From the NCBI GenBank assembly GCA_963678065.2, contig CAXXVZ010000003.1, positions 352,001-416,000 of the forward strand: DNA of 64,000 bases, given 5' to 3'. The stretch comes from Treponemataceae bacterium (lineage in GTDB: Bacteria; Spirochaetota; Spirochaetia; Treponematales; Rectinemataceae). The position numbers and the translations under genes are program-made. How positions within the stretch are numbered: position 1 is the first letter of the stretch; every line of letters starts with the position of its first letter. Below the pieces are notes generated by a model. It was not told the DNA's origin. It was given only the letters and a program-made list of their open reading frames with translations, and did no database searches. Positions 1 to 9,645 of the stretch are shown one piece after another.

Positions 1-1
1 C

Positions 2-211
2 TATCTCGCGTTCGCGAAGAGGATCGGCCTGTGTCCTGGATCCATCGCCTTTGTGGGCCACGAGGCTTTCGAGCTCGAGGGGGCCCGAGCCGTCGGTATG
101 CTGCCGGTCTCCTTCAGCTGCGCTCCCGAAATTCGTGAAAAGTACCACCTCAGGGTTTTTTCTGATCTTCTCGACCTGTTTCCGGTTCCCGGACCGATTC
201 CAGGACGCTAA
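2..211 (+). CDS. C-terminal fragment of a HAD-superfamily hydrolase (truncated by window start)
   Basis: Frame 2 reads YLAFAKRIGLCPGSIAFVGHEAFELEGARAVGMLPV...GR* (TAA 209-211), resembling HAD motif IV (FVGD...D..GA..AG). Confidence 0.6.
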   Translation, partial: YLAFAKRIGLCPGSIAFVGHEAFELEGARAVGMLPVSFSCAPEIREKYHLRVFSDLLDLFPVPGPIPGR

Positions 212-217
212 ATAAGG

Positions 218-1102
218 ATGGATACCGTGAAATACGACATTGCCTGCATCGGTCACATCACGAGCGACCTGCGGAACATGATGGGCGAAAAGACGCCCTT
301 TGTCGGCGGGGCGGCATTTTTTTCCCCCTGCGCCGCCGCCCGCTCGGGAGCCCGCGTCTTTGTCCTCACCAAGATGGCCGACCGCGATGCCTCCACAATC
401 GCCCCCCTGCGCGAGGCAGGCGTCGATGTCCGCGTCCTTTCTTCTCCCGCAACCACGTCCATAGAGAACATTTTCCTGACATCCGACCCGGACAGGAGGA
501 CCCTGAAGCTGCTCAGCCTCGCGCAGCCTTTCTCCGATGCCGATCTCTCCTTCCTCCCCGATGCCGAGGTCTACCACATGGCGAGCCTCTTCCGCACGGA
601 GTTGCCTGACTGTCTCATTCCGGTACTCGCCGCGAAGGGATCCCTCGCCCTCGATGTCCAGGCCGTTCTGCGCTATTTTGCCGACGGCGATGTGCGCTTC
701 GAACAGTGGGCGGAGCGCACAACCTATATGCCCTATGTGCGGTACCTGAAAGCCGACAGCCATGAGATCATCGTCATGACGGGCAGCGGAGACCGGGAAG
801 CCGCCGCGCGGATTTTTTATGGCATGGGTGCACGGGAAATCGTCATCACAAGACAGGATGAGGCCATCGCCTACGATGGGACCCGCTTCTGCAGGGCGCC
901 CTTCGATCCTGAATCCCTCGTGGGCAGGGCGGGGAGGGGCGACAGTTGCTTCCTCGCCTACATCGCGTGGAGGAAAAACCACGACATCGACGAGGCGATC
1001 CATTACGCCACTGCGCTCACGAGCATCAAAATGGAGAAGGCGGGACCCTTTTCGGGAAGCGTCGACGAGGTGCTCTCCCGGATGAGAGACCAAGCTTATT
1101 GA
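218..1102 (+). CDS. PfkB/ribokinase-family carbohydrate kinase
   Basis: N-terminal IGHITSD...GGAA, C-terminal anion-hole variant GRAGRGDSCF. Confidence 0.85.
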   Translation: MDTVKYDIACIGHITSDLRNMMGEKTPFVGGAAFFSPCAAARSGARVFVLTKMADRDASTIAPLREAGVDVRVLSSPATTSIENIFLTSDPDRRTLKLLSLAQPFSDADLSFLPDAEVYHMASLFRTELPDCLIPVLAAKGSLALDVQAVLRYFADGDVRFEQWAERTTYMPYVRYLKADSHEIIVMTGSGDREAAARIFYGMGAREIVITRQDEAIAYDGTRFCRAPFDPESLVGRAGRGDSCFLAYIAWRKNHDIDEAIHYATALTSIKMEKAGPFSGSVDEVLSRMRDQAY

Positions 1103-1278
1103 TGAACAACTACCGCACCTCCACGTTCCGCTGCCGCCACGCCGGGGCCGAGGTCTGCGACTATGGCGCGGCTGCGCAGGCTGCAGGGCTCTCCGAGCTG
1201 GGATTCAGCGACCATGAATCCTGGCCGGACGGGCGCTGGCCCGGGAACCGTATGGACATGGTCGACCTGCCTACCTAG
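1102..1278 (+). pseudogene. Truncated, degenerate PHP-domain (HisJ-type) phosphatase remnant
   Basis: ATG overlaps the PfkB stop. MNNYRTSTFRCRHAG...AAAQAAGLSELGFSDH...RMD matches the PHP N-terminus (NYHTHTxRCxHA...GFSDH), but the HxH metal ligands are lost and TAG occurs after 58 codons. Confidence 0.7.
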
Positions 1279-1482
1279 CTGGATGCCCTGGGATGAAAAT
1301 GCCTCTGCCTGCGCTCGCGACATCCTCTCGATCTCTGCACACCGGGCCTCAGACACGGCCGCCAATCTTCCCGATGACCGGAGTATCGCGGGTCTTCGGC
1401 GTCAGGCTTGTGGAAGGACTTCCGCAGGCGCTTCGTTTACTAAATATTATTTAGTTTACATCGTAAATAATACAAAAAGAAT

Positions 1483-1511
1483 TTGACAGATTCAAAAAGT
1501 GGCCTGACAAT
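1483..1511 (+). promoter_or_regulatory. sigma70-like promoter of the first iol operon
   Basis: TTGACA (1483-1488), 17 bp spacer, GACAAT (1506-1511), preceded by an AT-rich tract. Confidence 0.7.
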
Positions 1512-1520
1512 GATTCTGTT

Positions 1521-1548
1521 CTGGAAACGTTTTCAGAAAACGATTCCA
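1521..1548. promoter_or_regulatory. Tandem LacI-family-type operators
   Basis: CTGGAAACGTTTTCA (1521-1535) followed by AGAAAACGATTCCA (1535-1548); CG-centred imperfect palindromes; the first is repeated exactly at 16187. Confidence 0.7.
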
Positions 1549-1640
1549 TCATCTTTATCAGAAGGTTGAAAAAGCAAAACGGATTTTTCAACGCCAATAA
1601 AGTGCTACGCCAAAACGTGTTCGCGTGAAAGGATAGGTGT

Positions 1641-2657
1641 ATGGGCGGAAAACTCAGAATCGGGATCGTCGGCCTCGGCCGCCTCGGGAAACGACATGCC
1701 TCCAATCTGGCCTGGAAGGTCAAGGGAGCCGAACTCGCCGCCGCCTGCTCGGTCGTTCCTGAGGAACTGGAGTGGGCCAAATCGGAACTCGGCATCGCCG
1801 AGGTCTACGACAGCTATGAAGAAATGTTTGCAAAAGCGCATATCGATGCCGTCTATCTCGTCAGCTCATCCTCAGTTCATGCGGCGCAGATCGTCCAGGG
1901 CCTGGAGAGAGGCCTCCATGTCTTCAGCGAAAAACCCATGGGCGTGAACCTCGCCGAGTGTCTCGCCGTGGAAAAGGCTGTCGCCGCTCATCCCGGTCAG
2001 ACGTTTTTCATCGGATTCGTCCGCCGCTTTGATCCGAGCTACGTATACGCGAAAAAAATGATCGACGAAGGAGCCATCGGGAAGTCCTTCCTCGTGCGCT
2101 CCCAGACAGCCGATCTCGACGAGTACGCTCCCTTCCAGGTCAAGTTCGTTCCGACTTCGGGCGGCATCTTCCTCGACATGAACGTACACGACATCGATCT
2201 CGCCCGCTGGTTCCTGGGCGACGAGGTGGCAAGCGTCTACGCGGTAGGCGGCAGCTATGTCCACCCGGAGTTCGCCGACGTGAACGACGCCGACAACACC
2301 GAGGCGATCATGAAATTCCGGAACGGAACAGTGGCCGTCCTCGCGGTCAGCAGGACGGCTTTCCACGGCCACGACACCCACACCGAGATCAAGGGCAGCA
2401 AAGGCATCATCAAGATCGGCCTGACGCCCGCAAAAAACCGCGTCGAACTCTTCGATTCGTGCGGCGCCCGTTCCGAGTGCGTGAAGGATTTCTACGAGCG
2501 CTTCGCCGAGGGCTTTCTGGCGGAAGCCCAGGAGTTCGTCGACTGCGCCCTCTCGGGACGGAAACCCAGCGTCTGCGCGGCGGACGGGACCCGTGCGACA
2601 GAAGTCGGCTTCGCCCTCACCGAGTCCTTCCGGACAGGCTCGGTCATAACACTGTGA
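1641..2657 (+). CDS. Gfo/Idh/MocA oxidoreductase, inositol dehydrogenase-like
   Basis: GLGRLG Rossmann motif, EKP motif, GFVRRFD, GGIFLDMNVHDID; iol context. Confidence 0.85.
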   Translation: MGGKLRIGIVGLGRLGKRHASNLAWKVKGAELAAACSVVPEELEWAKSELGIAEVYDSYEEMFAKAHIDAVYLVSSSSVHAAQIVQGLERGLHVFSEKPMGVNLAECLAVEKAVAAHPGQTFFIGFVRRFDPSYVYAKKMIDEGAIGKSFLVRSQTADLDEYAPFQVKFVPTSGGIFLDMNVHDIDLARWFLGDEVASVYAVGGSYVHPEFADVNDADNTEAIMKFRNGTVAVLAVSRTAFHGHDTHTEIKGSKGIIKIGLTPAKNRVELFDSCGARSECVKDFYERFAEGFLAEAQEFVDCALSGRKPSVCAADGTRATEVGFALTESFRTGSVITL

Positions 2658-2701
2658 ATCGCGGCTCTGAGCCGTGATAGAGTTATTTCATGGAGGCTTC
2701 T

Positions 2702-3625
2702 ATGAACATGAAGAGAGGAATCCTGGTGCTCATGGCCCTTCTGGCCCTGACAGGAATGGCCTTCGGCCAGCAGATGAAGGTAGGCGTCACCCTCTACGAC
2801 CGCGACCAGTTCATCAGCTATCTCGAGCAGGCGATCCTTGATGCCGCCAAGGTGACTCCCGGCGTCACCGTCGATTCACAGGATGCCAAGCAGGACGTAA
2901 ACCAGCAGATCGCCCAGGTCGACGTCTTCGCGACCAAGAAGTACAACGCCATCATCGTCAACCTGATCAACACCGACACCGTCGAGACCATCATCAGCCG
3001 CGCCTCCGGCATTCCCGTCATCTTCGTCAACCGCCGCCCCCGCGACGCGGTGATCGACGGCGTGAAGACCGCCTATGTCGGATCCCAGGAATTCGATGCC
3101 GGCCGCATGCAGGGCGAATACCTCGCCAAATTCTTCAAGGGAAAGACCGAGATCAAGTACGTCCTCTTCATGGGACAGCTCGGCCTCGAGAACACCAACG
3201 AGAGAACCCGCGGCGTCAAGGAGACCCTGACCAAGGCTGGATTCAAGCTCACCAAGGTCTACGAGGACACCGCAGAGTGGGACCGCTTCAAGGCTATGAA
3301 TCAGATGCAGCAGCTCCTCGGCACCATGAAGCCCTTCGACGTCGTCATCTGCAACAACGACGAAATGGCCCTCGGCGTCATCGAAGCCATGAAATCCGCC
3401 AAGATGGACCTCAAGAAGATCCCGGTCGTCGGAATCGACGCCACGCCCGCCGCCAAAGAAGCCGTCAAGAAAGGCGAGATGTCCATGACCGTGTTCCAGA
3501 ACGCGAAAGCCCAGGGCGCCGTCGCCCTCGAGTTCGCCCTCAAGGCAGCCAAAGGCCAGAAGATCGAGAAGTTCGGCTGGGTTCCCTTCGAGCCCGTCAC
3601 CATCGAAAACGTAGCCAAGTACTGA
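2702..3625 (+). CDS. Sugar ABC transporter substrate-binding protein (probably inositol)
   Basis: Signal peptide ending in AFG, CNNDEMALG and VGIDA PBP type-1 motifs, GGAGG RBS. Confidence 0.9.
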   Translation: MNMKRGILVLMALLALTGMAFGQQMKVGVTLYDRDQFISYLEQAILDAAKVTPGVTVDSQDAKQDVNQQIAQVDVFATKKYNAIIVNLINTDTVETIISRASGIPVIFVNRRPRDAVIDGVKTAYVGSQEFDAGRMQGEYLAKFFKGKTEIKYVLFMGQLGLENTNERTRGVKETLTKAGFKLTKVYEDTAEWDRFKAMNQMQQLLGTMKPFDVVICNNDEMALGVIEAMKSAKMDLKKIPVVGIDATPAAKEAVKKGEMSMTVFQNAKAQGAVALEFALKAAKGQKIEKFGWVPFEPVTIENVAKY

Positions 3626-3638
3626 TCATCCATCTGCA

Positions 3639-3678
3639 TACAGGGAGCCGTCATTCCGAAACGTGACGGCTCCCTGTA
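3639..3678 (+). terminator. 15-bp hairpin after the SBP gene (mRNA stabiliser or partial terminator)
   Basis: TACAGGGAGCCGTCA-N10-TGACGGCTCCCTGTA, no U tract. Confidence 0.55.
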
Positions 3679-3738
3679 CGGATACTGCCGCGCGGCCCTG
3701 CGGCTGCGCGGACCTGCGTCATGCGGGTCGGGGGAGAC

Positions 3739-5250
3739 ATGGACGAATACATTCTCAGCATGAAAAACATTGTCCGGACATTCCCGGGCGTAAAGGCGCT
3801 GAACGGTGTCGATTTCAACCTGAAACGCGGCACGGTCCACGCTCTCATGGGAGAAAACGGGGCCGGCAAATCGACGCTCATGAAGTGCCTCGTGGGCATA
3901 AACCCGCCCGATTCCGGTGAAATCATCCTCAAGGGGAAAGCCGTCAGCATCCCGACGACTATAACCGCTCTCAGGCTCGGAATCGCGATGATCTACCAGG
4001 AACTGAATCCCATCGCCGAGCGGAGCGTGATGGAGAACATATGGCTCGGCCGCGAGCCCATGCATGGTCTGGGGCACATCTTCGTGGACCACAAAGCCAT
4101 GTACAAAAAGACGAAAGAACTCCTCGCCAATCTCGAACTCGACCTCGATCCCAGAGTCAAGCTCAAGGAACTCTCCGTCGCCAAAATGCAGATGGTCGAA
4201 ATAGCCAAGGCTGTCTCCTACGACGCGGATATACTCATCATGGACGAACCGACATCGGCGCTCACACCCAACGAGGTAGACCACCTGTTCAGCCTCATCG
4301 CGAGGGTCAAAGCCAAGGGCGTCGCAGTCGTCTACATCACGCATAAAATGGACGAAATATTCCGCATCTCCGACGAGGTCACGGTTCTCAGGGACGGCTC
4401 CCATGTCCTGACCAAGCCGGTGGCGGAAATGAACATAGATTCCCTCATCGCCGCCATGGTCGGGCGGAACCTGGACGAGATGTTCCCCAAGGTCGAGTGT
4501 CCGATAGGCGGAGTGAAGTTCGAAGTGAAAGGTCTCTCATGCCCCGGCGTCCTCGAGAATGTGTCTTTTACGCTCCGGAAAGGAGAGATACTCGGCGTGG
4601 CCGGTCTCGTGGGTGCGGGGAGGACAGAGCTCATGGAGGCGCTCTTCGGCCTGCGCCAGAAGAGTTCGGGAGAAATCTTCATCGACGGGAAACCTGTGAA
4701 GATCGATAACCCCTCCGATGCCATACGGGCGAAGATCGGCTTCCTGACCGAAGACCGCAGACAGACGGGAATAATCCCCGTCCTCTCGGTGCGGGTGAAC
4801 ACCATTCTCGCGAACCTGGGTTGTTATATACAAGGCGGACTTTTCCTCAACAACCGCAAGATCGAAAGGGATGCGGTCGAGTACAAAGACAAACTCAGGA
4901 TAAAGACGCCCAACCTCGACGCTCTCATCCAGAATCTTTCGGGCGGCAATCAGCAGAAAGTCCTCGTAGCCCGCTGGCTCCTCACCCAGCCCGACATCCT
5001 CATCCTGGATGAGCCGACCCGGGGCATCGACGTGGGAGCGAAGGCGGAAATACACACGATCATCACCAAGCTCGCCGCTGAGGGTAAATCGATCATAATG
5101 GTCAGTTCGGAGCTGCCGGAAGTGCTCGGCATGAGCGACCGGATAGTGGTCGTCTGTCAGGGCAGAATCACCGGGATAGTGGACCGTAAAGACGCCAATC
5201 AGGAAATCATCATGCGCTACGCCACCAAACAAGCGCAGAACGTCGCATAA
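3739..5250 (+). CDS. Sugar ABC transporter ATP-binding protein (MglA/RbsA type, two NBDs)
   Basis: GENGAGKS, MDEPT, ITH, LSGGNQQK, LDEPTRGIDVGAK. Confidence 0.95.
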   Translation: MDEYILSMKNIVRTFPGVKALNGVDFNLKRGTVHALMGENGAGKSTLMKCLVGINPPDSGEIILKGKAVSIPTTITALRLGIAMIYQELNPIAERSVMENIWLGREPMHGLGHIFVDHKAMYKKTKELLANLELDLDPRVKLKELSVAKMQMVEIAKAVSYDADILIMDEPTSALTPNEVDHLFSLIARVKAKGVAVVYITHKMDEIFRISDEVTVLRDGSHVLTKPVAEMNIDSLIAAMVGRNLDEMFPKVECPIGGVKFEVKGLSCPGVLENVSFTLRKGEILGVAGLVGAGRTELMEALFGLRQKSSGEIFIDGKPVKIDNPSDAIRAKIGFLTEDRRQTGIIPVLSVRVNTILANLGCYIQGGLFLNNRKIERDAVEYKDKLRIKTPNLDALIQNLSGGNQQKVLVARWLLTQPDILILDEPTRGIDVGAKAEIHTIITKLAAEGKSIIMVSSELPEVLGMSDRIVVVCQGRITGIVDRKDANQEIIMRYATKQAQNVA

Positions 5251-5263
5251 AGGGGAAGGAACC

Positions 5264-6247
5264 ATGGCCAATTCAGGATCGTTAACAAAATTCGTCAACA
5301 AATTCGCCATCTTCATCGTTTTGGGATTGATGGTCATCGCCCTTACCTTCCTCTCTCCTTACTTCCTGACCCCGGGTAACCTTATAAACGTCCTCATCTC
5401 CGAGTCGGGGCGGGGGATGCTCGCGATCGGAGTCGCCTTCACGATCATCTCGAAGGGCATCGACATCTCCGTCGGCTCCATCGTTTCGCTGACCTCCGTC
5501 ATCGCCGCCAGCCTCATCCAGGAGCCGACTTACGCCAACAGGATATTCCCGAACCTGCCCCTGCTTCCCGTCTTCGTGCCGGTTCTGGCCGGCATCGCCG
5601 CCGGCGTACTCGTTGGCGCAGTGAACGGCTGGTTCATCGCCTACACCGCCATTCCGCCCTTCATCGCGACCCTGGGCAGCATGATAATCGCCCGCGGCCT
5701 CGCCCTCATCATCACGAACGCCTACCCGGTCCCGATGCTCAGGCAGGAGTTCAAGAACCTCGGTCAGGGCAACATCGGCCCGCTTCCGATCATAGTCCTC
5801 GTCTTCATACTGGTCACGATTCTCGCCTGGGTCCTCCTCAACAAGACCCGTTTCGGCAAAAACCTCTACGCCATCGGCGGCAATATCCACGCCGCCCGGA
5901 CTTCGGGAATCAAGGTCGAGAAGAACATCGTGGCCATCTATGCCTTCTCGGGATTCTGCGCCGCCATCGCCGGCGTCCTCATCACGGCCCGCGCCGCATC
6001 GGGCATCGCCACCCTCGGCAACAGCTACGAGCTCGACGCCATTGCCGCCGCCACAATCGGCGGAACGAGCCACACGGGAGGCATCGGCTCGGTCCCGGGA
6101 ATTGTCGCCGGCATCCTCATCCTCGGAATACTCAACAATGGACTCCTCCTGCTCGGGATATCTCCCTATCTCCAGCAGGTCATCAAGGGACTCATCATCA
6201 TCTTTGCGGTAGTCTTCGACATGCGCAAGAACGCCAAGAAGAAATAA
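5264..6247 (+). CDS. Sugar ABC transporter permease (MglC/RbsC type)
   Basis: GIDISVGS, PPFIATLG, YAIGGN, YELDAIAA motifs; many TM segments. Confidence 0.95.
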   Translation: MANSGSLTKFVNKFAIFIVLGLMVIALTFLSPYFLTPGNLINVLISESGRGMLAIGVAFTIISKGIDISVGSIVSLTSVIAASLIQEPTYANRIFPNLPLLPVFVPVLAGIAAGVLVGAVNGWFIAYTAIPPFIATLGSMIIARGLALIITNAYPVPMLRQEFKNLGQGNIGPLPIIVLVFILVTILAWVLLNKTRFGKNLYAIGGNIHAARTSGIKVEKNIVAIYAFSGFCAAIAGVLITARAASGIATLGNSYELDAIAAATIGGTSHTGGIGSVPGIVAGILILGILNNGLLLLGISPYLQQVIKGLIIIFAVVFDMRKNAKKK

Positions 6248-6378
6248 GCCAGATATACGACACTTCCGGCCTACGCCGGCCGAAAGTCCGGAACCGGGTC
6301 GGAATCCAAAAGTATGCGATCGCGCGACCGACCGATATGCACAGCGATCACTGCCTTCGTGGCAGAAAGGAAAATGCC

Positions 6379-7215
6379 TTGATAACGAAAAAACGCTTCG
6401 CGCTCAACAGGATCATCTCGCCGGGAATGTCCCTTGAGGAATTCTTCCGGTTCACATCCGGCCTGGGACTTTCGAAGGTCGAATTGCGGAACGATATCAA
6501 TGACGGCAGAATCCTCGACGGGATGGACCCTGCCGAAGCCGCCCGCATGGCCTCCGAGAAGAACATACGCGTCATATCCATCAATGCCCTCCAGAAATTC
6601 AACCTCGCGGCGGTCCGAGCAAAGGCGCGGGACGAACTCATGCAGATGCTCGACATCGCGGCGGCGATCACCTGCCCTGCCATCGTGCTCTGTCCGAACA
6701 ACGACCCTTCCGACGCGCGCTCTCCTGAACAGCGCTTCGCCGAAACCGTCGAGTCGCTCGCGGTATTCGGTCCATTCTTCGAAAAAGCGGGAATTCTTGG
6801 CTACATCGAGCCGCTGGGATTCGGCATTTCCTCCCTCGCGTCCCTGATTCCCGCCCGGGATGCCATAAAGGAATCGGGATTCGGCTGCTACAAAGTTCTC
6901 GTCGACACATTCCATCATTACATCGGACCCGATTCCTCCGATATTCTTGGAGCGGATTATCCAGTCGGACTGACAGGTCTCGTCCATATCTCCGGCGTCG
7001 AATCCGATATTCCCCCTTCGGACTACCGCGACGCCCACCGGATACTCGTCGGCCCTTCGGACAGAATGCACAGCAAGAAAACAATGGAAGCTCTCGACCG
7101 GCAAGGCTACGTTGGCGATTACTCATTCGAACCCTTCGCCGCCGAAATTCAAGCCCTTTCCGGCCAAGCTCTTGCCTCCGCGATCAGGGATAGCCTCGAA
7201 TACCTGACCAGCTGA
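6379..7215 (+). CDS. iolI: TIM-barrel sugar isomerase, 2-keto-myo-inositol isomerase (IolI-like)
   Basis: FALNRII, VELRND, SINALQKFN, EPLGF, DTFHH, VHISGVE, SFEPF; TTG start after AAGGA. Confidence 0.75.
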   Translation: MITKKRFALNRIISPGMSLEEFFRFTSGLGLSKVELRNDINDGRILDGMDPAEAARMASEKNIRVISINALQKFNLAAVRAKARDELMQMLDIAAAITCPAIVLCPNNDPSDARSPEQRFAETVESLAVFGPFFEKAGILGYIEPLGFGISSLASLIPARDAIKESGFGCYKVLVDTFHHYIGPDSSDILGADYPVGLTGLVHISGVESDIPPSDYRDAHRILVGPSDRMHSKKTMEALDRQGYVGDYSFEPFAAEIQALSGQALASAIRDSLEYLTS

Positions 7216-7304
7216 GCGGCCTCGACTTTACGGCGCTCCTGACTCGATCGAATCGTTCGGGCACAGATAGGGCTGATCGGTTTGCCCGCCGGATGTCGTG
7301 AGAG

Positions 7305-8186
7305 TCAGGAGTAGCATCCCCACTCCGGGTGCCCGCCGCCCATCCCGCTTCTGATCTCGTGGGGGCTGCGGCGGGTTCGGGCGAAAAGCATTCTCCGAAA
7401 GCTCGAGACGTCGTTGAAGCCACAATCGTAGGCGATTCTCTCGATCGTGTAGTCGGTCGTCTCCAGCAGCATGATCCCCCAGTTGATCCGCAGGCGGTTC
7501 CGGAACTTTATCGGGGAAGTGCGAATTCTAGTCTTGAAGAGCTGAGAGAGCCCGGAGACGCTGATGCAGCAATGCTCGGCTATGTCCTGCAGCGATATAT
7601 CGGTAAGGTAGTTCTTGTGGATGAAGTCGACGGCCTTGTTCAGGATGACTGTCCACCGGTGATCGAGAGGATGGGGTTCGGGACATCCTCTCCGATTGAT
7701 CTCCCTGTTGATGTTGATCACCGCGTTGATGACGTGCGGCCATGCGGCGAAATAGCCATACGGGTCACGCGATTCGAAGGCCGCGAGCGCGCTCGAAAGG
7801 TTCCTGGTAACCTCCGTAGCCCCCTTGAGGGTAGGAGGAACCATCTCCGACTTCGTCAAATAGAAAGGGCGGATCAAATCCGTCAGACGATCCGGGGGAG
7901 CGAGGGATTCGGTGGATTCGTTGGTGATGTTGACGGCAAGACCATAGAGGAACCCCCCCACTCCGGAATCGTGCGCATGCGGAATGGAGCCATCCAGGAA
8001 GTAGGCGTCTCCCGGCTCGACTTCGATCCGTGAATCTTTGTACACAAGGGCGCCACGTCCTGCAAGCGTAACCCCCATCTCGAAACCATCGTGGACGTGA
8101 GTCTGCAGACCGCCGTTGTGCAGCGTGTAGGTGCGGATGAACAGGCACGGCTGGTCCTGAGCCTCATGTCTCGGCAGATCGAGCAC
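7305..8186 (-). CDS. AraC-family transcriptional regulator with N-terminal cupin
   Basis: THVHDGFE cupin motif, C-terminal double HTH (ISLQDIAEHC...IERIAYDCGFNDVSSFRR); divergent from the ABC operon. Confidence 0.9.
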   Translation of the reverse strand: MLDLPRHEAQDQPCLFIRTYTLHNGGLQTHVHDGFEMGVTLAGRGALVYKDSRIEVEPGDAYFLDGSIPHAHDSGVGGFLYGLAVNITNESTESLAPPDRLTDLIRPFYLTKSEMVPPTLKGATEVTRNLSSALAAFESRDPYGYFAAWPHVINAVININREINRRGCPEPHPLDHRWTVILNKAVDFIHKNYLTDISLQDIAEHCCISVSGLSQLFKTRIRTSPIKFRNRLRINWGIMLLETTDYTIERIAYDCGFNDVSSFRRMLFARTRRSPHEIRSGMGGGHPEWGCYS

Positions 8187-8479
8187 GGCAGACTCCCCGT
8201 TTGTTGCTGTGGAAGGCTCGAATAACTCCCGTGCACCTCATTCTAGTCAGCGCCGACAGGGAAGCAATTGATTTTCATATCGAATTGGTATGGTTTCATT
8301 ATGTCTTTGATGCGGCCCTCCCGGCCGGTCACAGGGGCCTGATCCATTTGCCAGAAAGTCCTCATGGTTTGGAAGAATCGCTCTGTCTCCTGCCTCACGC
8401 GGCCACTATCCTGAACCTGCTTCTACCACAGGGAGTCCGTTTGGGGCGCCCTATTCGTCGCACGAACAGGAGGAAGAAG

Positions 8480-9526
8480 ATGTTGAGGAAAAGCGCCGTG
8501 ATTTTGATGGTGTTGTTGTCTGTGCCCGCGATCGCCTCGTTCTCCGCTGACAGGAAGGCCATATACGCGCCCTTCGGGGAGATTCCGGTCCCGAAACGTC
8601 AGTACCGCATCGGAGTCATTCTCAAGACCTTCATCAACGACTACTTCATCGACCTGCGCAACGGCTTCCAGGACGCCGCGGACAGGTATGGAGTCGCGGT
8701 GGATTTCTTCGCCTCGCCGGGGGAGAATGATCTGCTCATCCAAAAACAGATCATGGAGGATATGCTGGCCCGGAAATACGACCTGATCTGCGTGAACCCG
8801 ATTACTCCCACGAATCTGATAGAACCCTGCAAGAAGGCCACGCAGATGGGCATCCCTCTCATCAACACGAACGATGCCATGATCTCCAAGGAATCTCAGG
8901 AAAAGCACAACATCAAGATAATCTCGTTCATCTCCACTGACTGGAATAAGCAACTGAAATGGCATGTGTCCTACCTTGCCGACAAGCTCGGGCCGAAGGG
9001 AGGGGAGGTGCTCGAGATCATGGGTTTCCACGGAAGCACCGCGGCTATCTGGAGGCATGAGGGGTTTCTCGAGGAGATGAAGAAGTACCCGCAGCTTAAG
9101 CTCATCGCGACGCTTCCAGGGGATTGGGATCGCAAGAAATCCATGGACATCACGGCCGACGTGATTCAGGCCCACCCCAATTTGAAGGCCATATCCGCGT
9201 CGAACGATAACATGGCTCTCGGAGCCATCCAGGCACTGAAGAACGCGGGAAAGCTGAAGCAGGTAGCAGTCCTCGGCTGCGATGCTATCCCCGACGCCAT
9301 ACAAGGTATCAAGAAGGGCGAACTCGATGGGACGGTCGCGTTTATGCAATACGAGAATGGCTATGTCTCCATCGAGGCGGCCATCATGTACCTGGAGGGA
9401 TTGAAGAGCAGGATTCCCGAAACCATCTTTGCGAACCAGGAACTCTGGACGGCGGCCAACATCGACAAGAAGATTGGGGAGTATGCCACGTACTACTCCG
9501 GGTTGAAGAAGTTGGGCAAGGAATAA
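8480..9526 (+). CDS. Sugar ABC transporter substrate-binding protein (RbsB/AlsB-like)
   Basis: Signal peptide, GDWDRKKS, ASNDNMALGA, GCDA; AGGAGG RBS. Confidence 0.9.
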   Translation: MLRKSAVILMVLLSVPAIASFSADRKAIYAPFGEIPVPKRQYRIGVILKTFINDYFIDLRNGFQDAADRYGVAVDFFASPGENDLLIQKQIMEDMLARKYDLICVNPITPTNLIEPCKKATQMGIPLINTNDAMISKESQEKHNIKIISFISTDWNKQLKWHVSYLADKLGPKGGEVLEIMGFHGSTAAIWRHEGFLEEMKKYPQLKLIATLPGDWDRKKSMDITADVIQAHPNLKAISASNDNMALGAIQALKNAGKLKQVAVLGCDAIPDAIQGIKKGELDGTVAFMQYENGYVSIEAAIMYLEGLKSRIPETIFANQELWTAANIDKKIGEYATYYSGLKKLGKE

Positions 9527-9645
9527 AGTTCGCTCAAGGCGCGTAGAGAGCTCCCTTGTGAGTTCGTACGCTTGACCTGCGCAGCATCCGCCTGCCGGCT
9601 TCCGGGAGACGGATGCGCCTTGAATCTTCGACCTGGGAGTCTGCC

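Noticed and set aside
218..1102. PfkB kinase as IolC
   Set aside because: It lacks IolC-type motifs (GGSxAN, GAGD) and is upstream of the iol promoter in a different operon. Not fully excluded.
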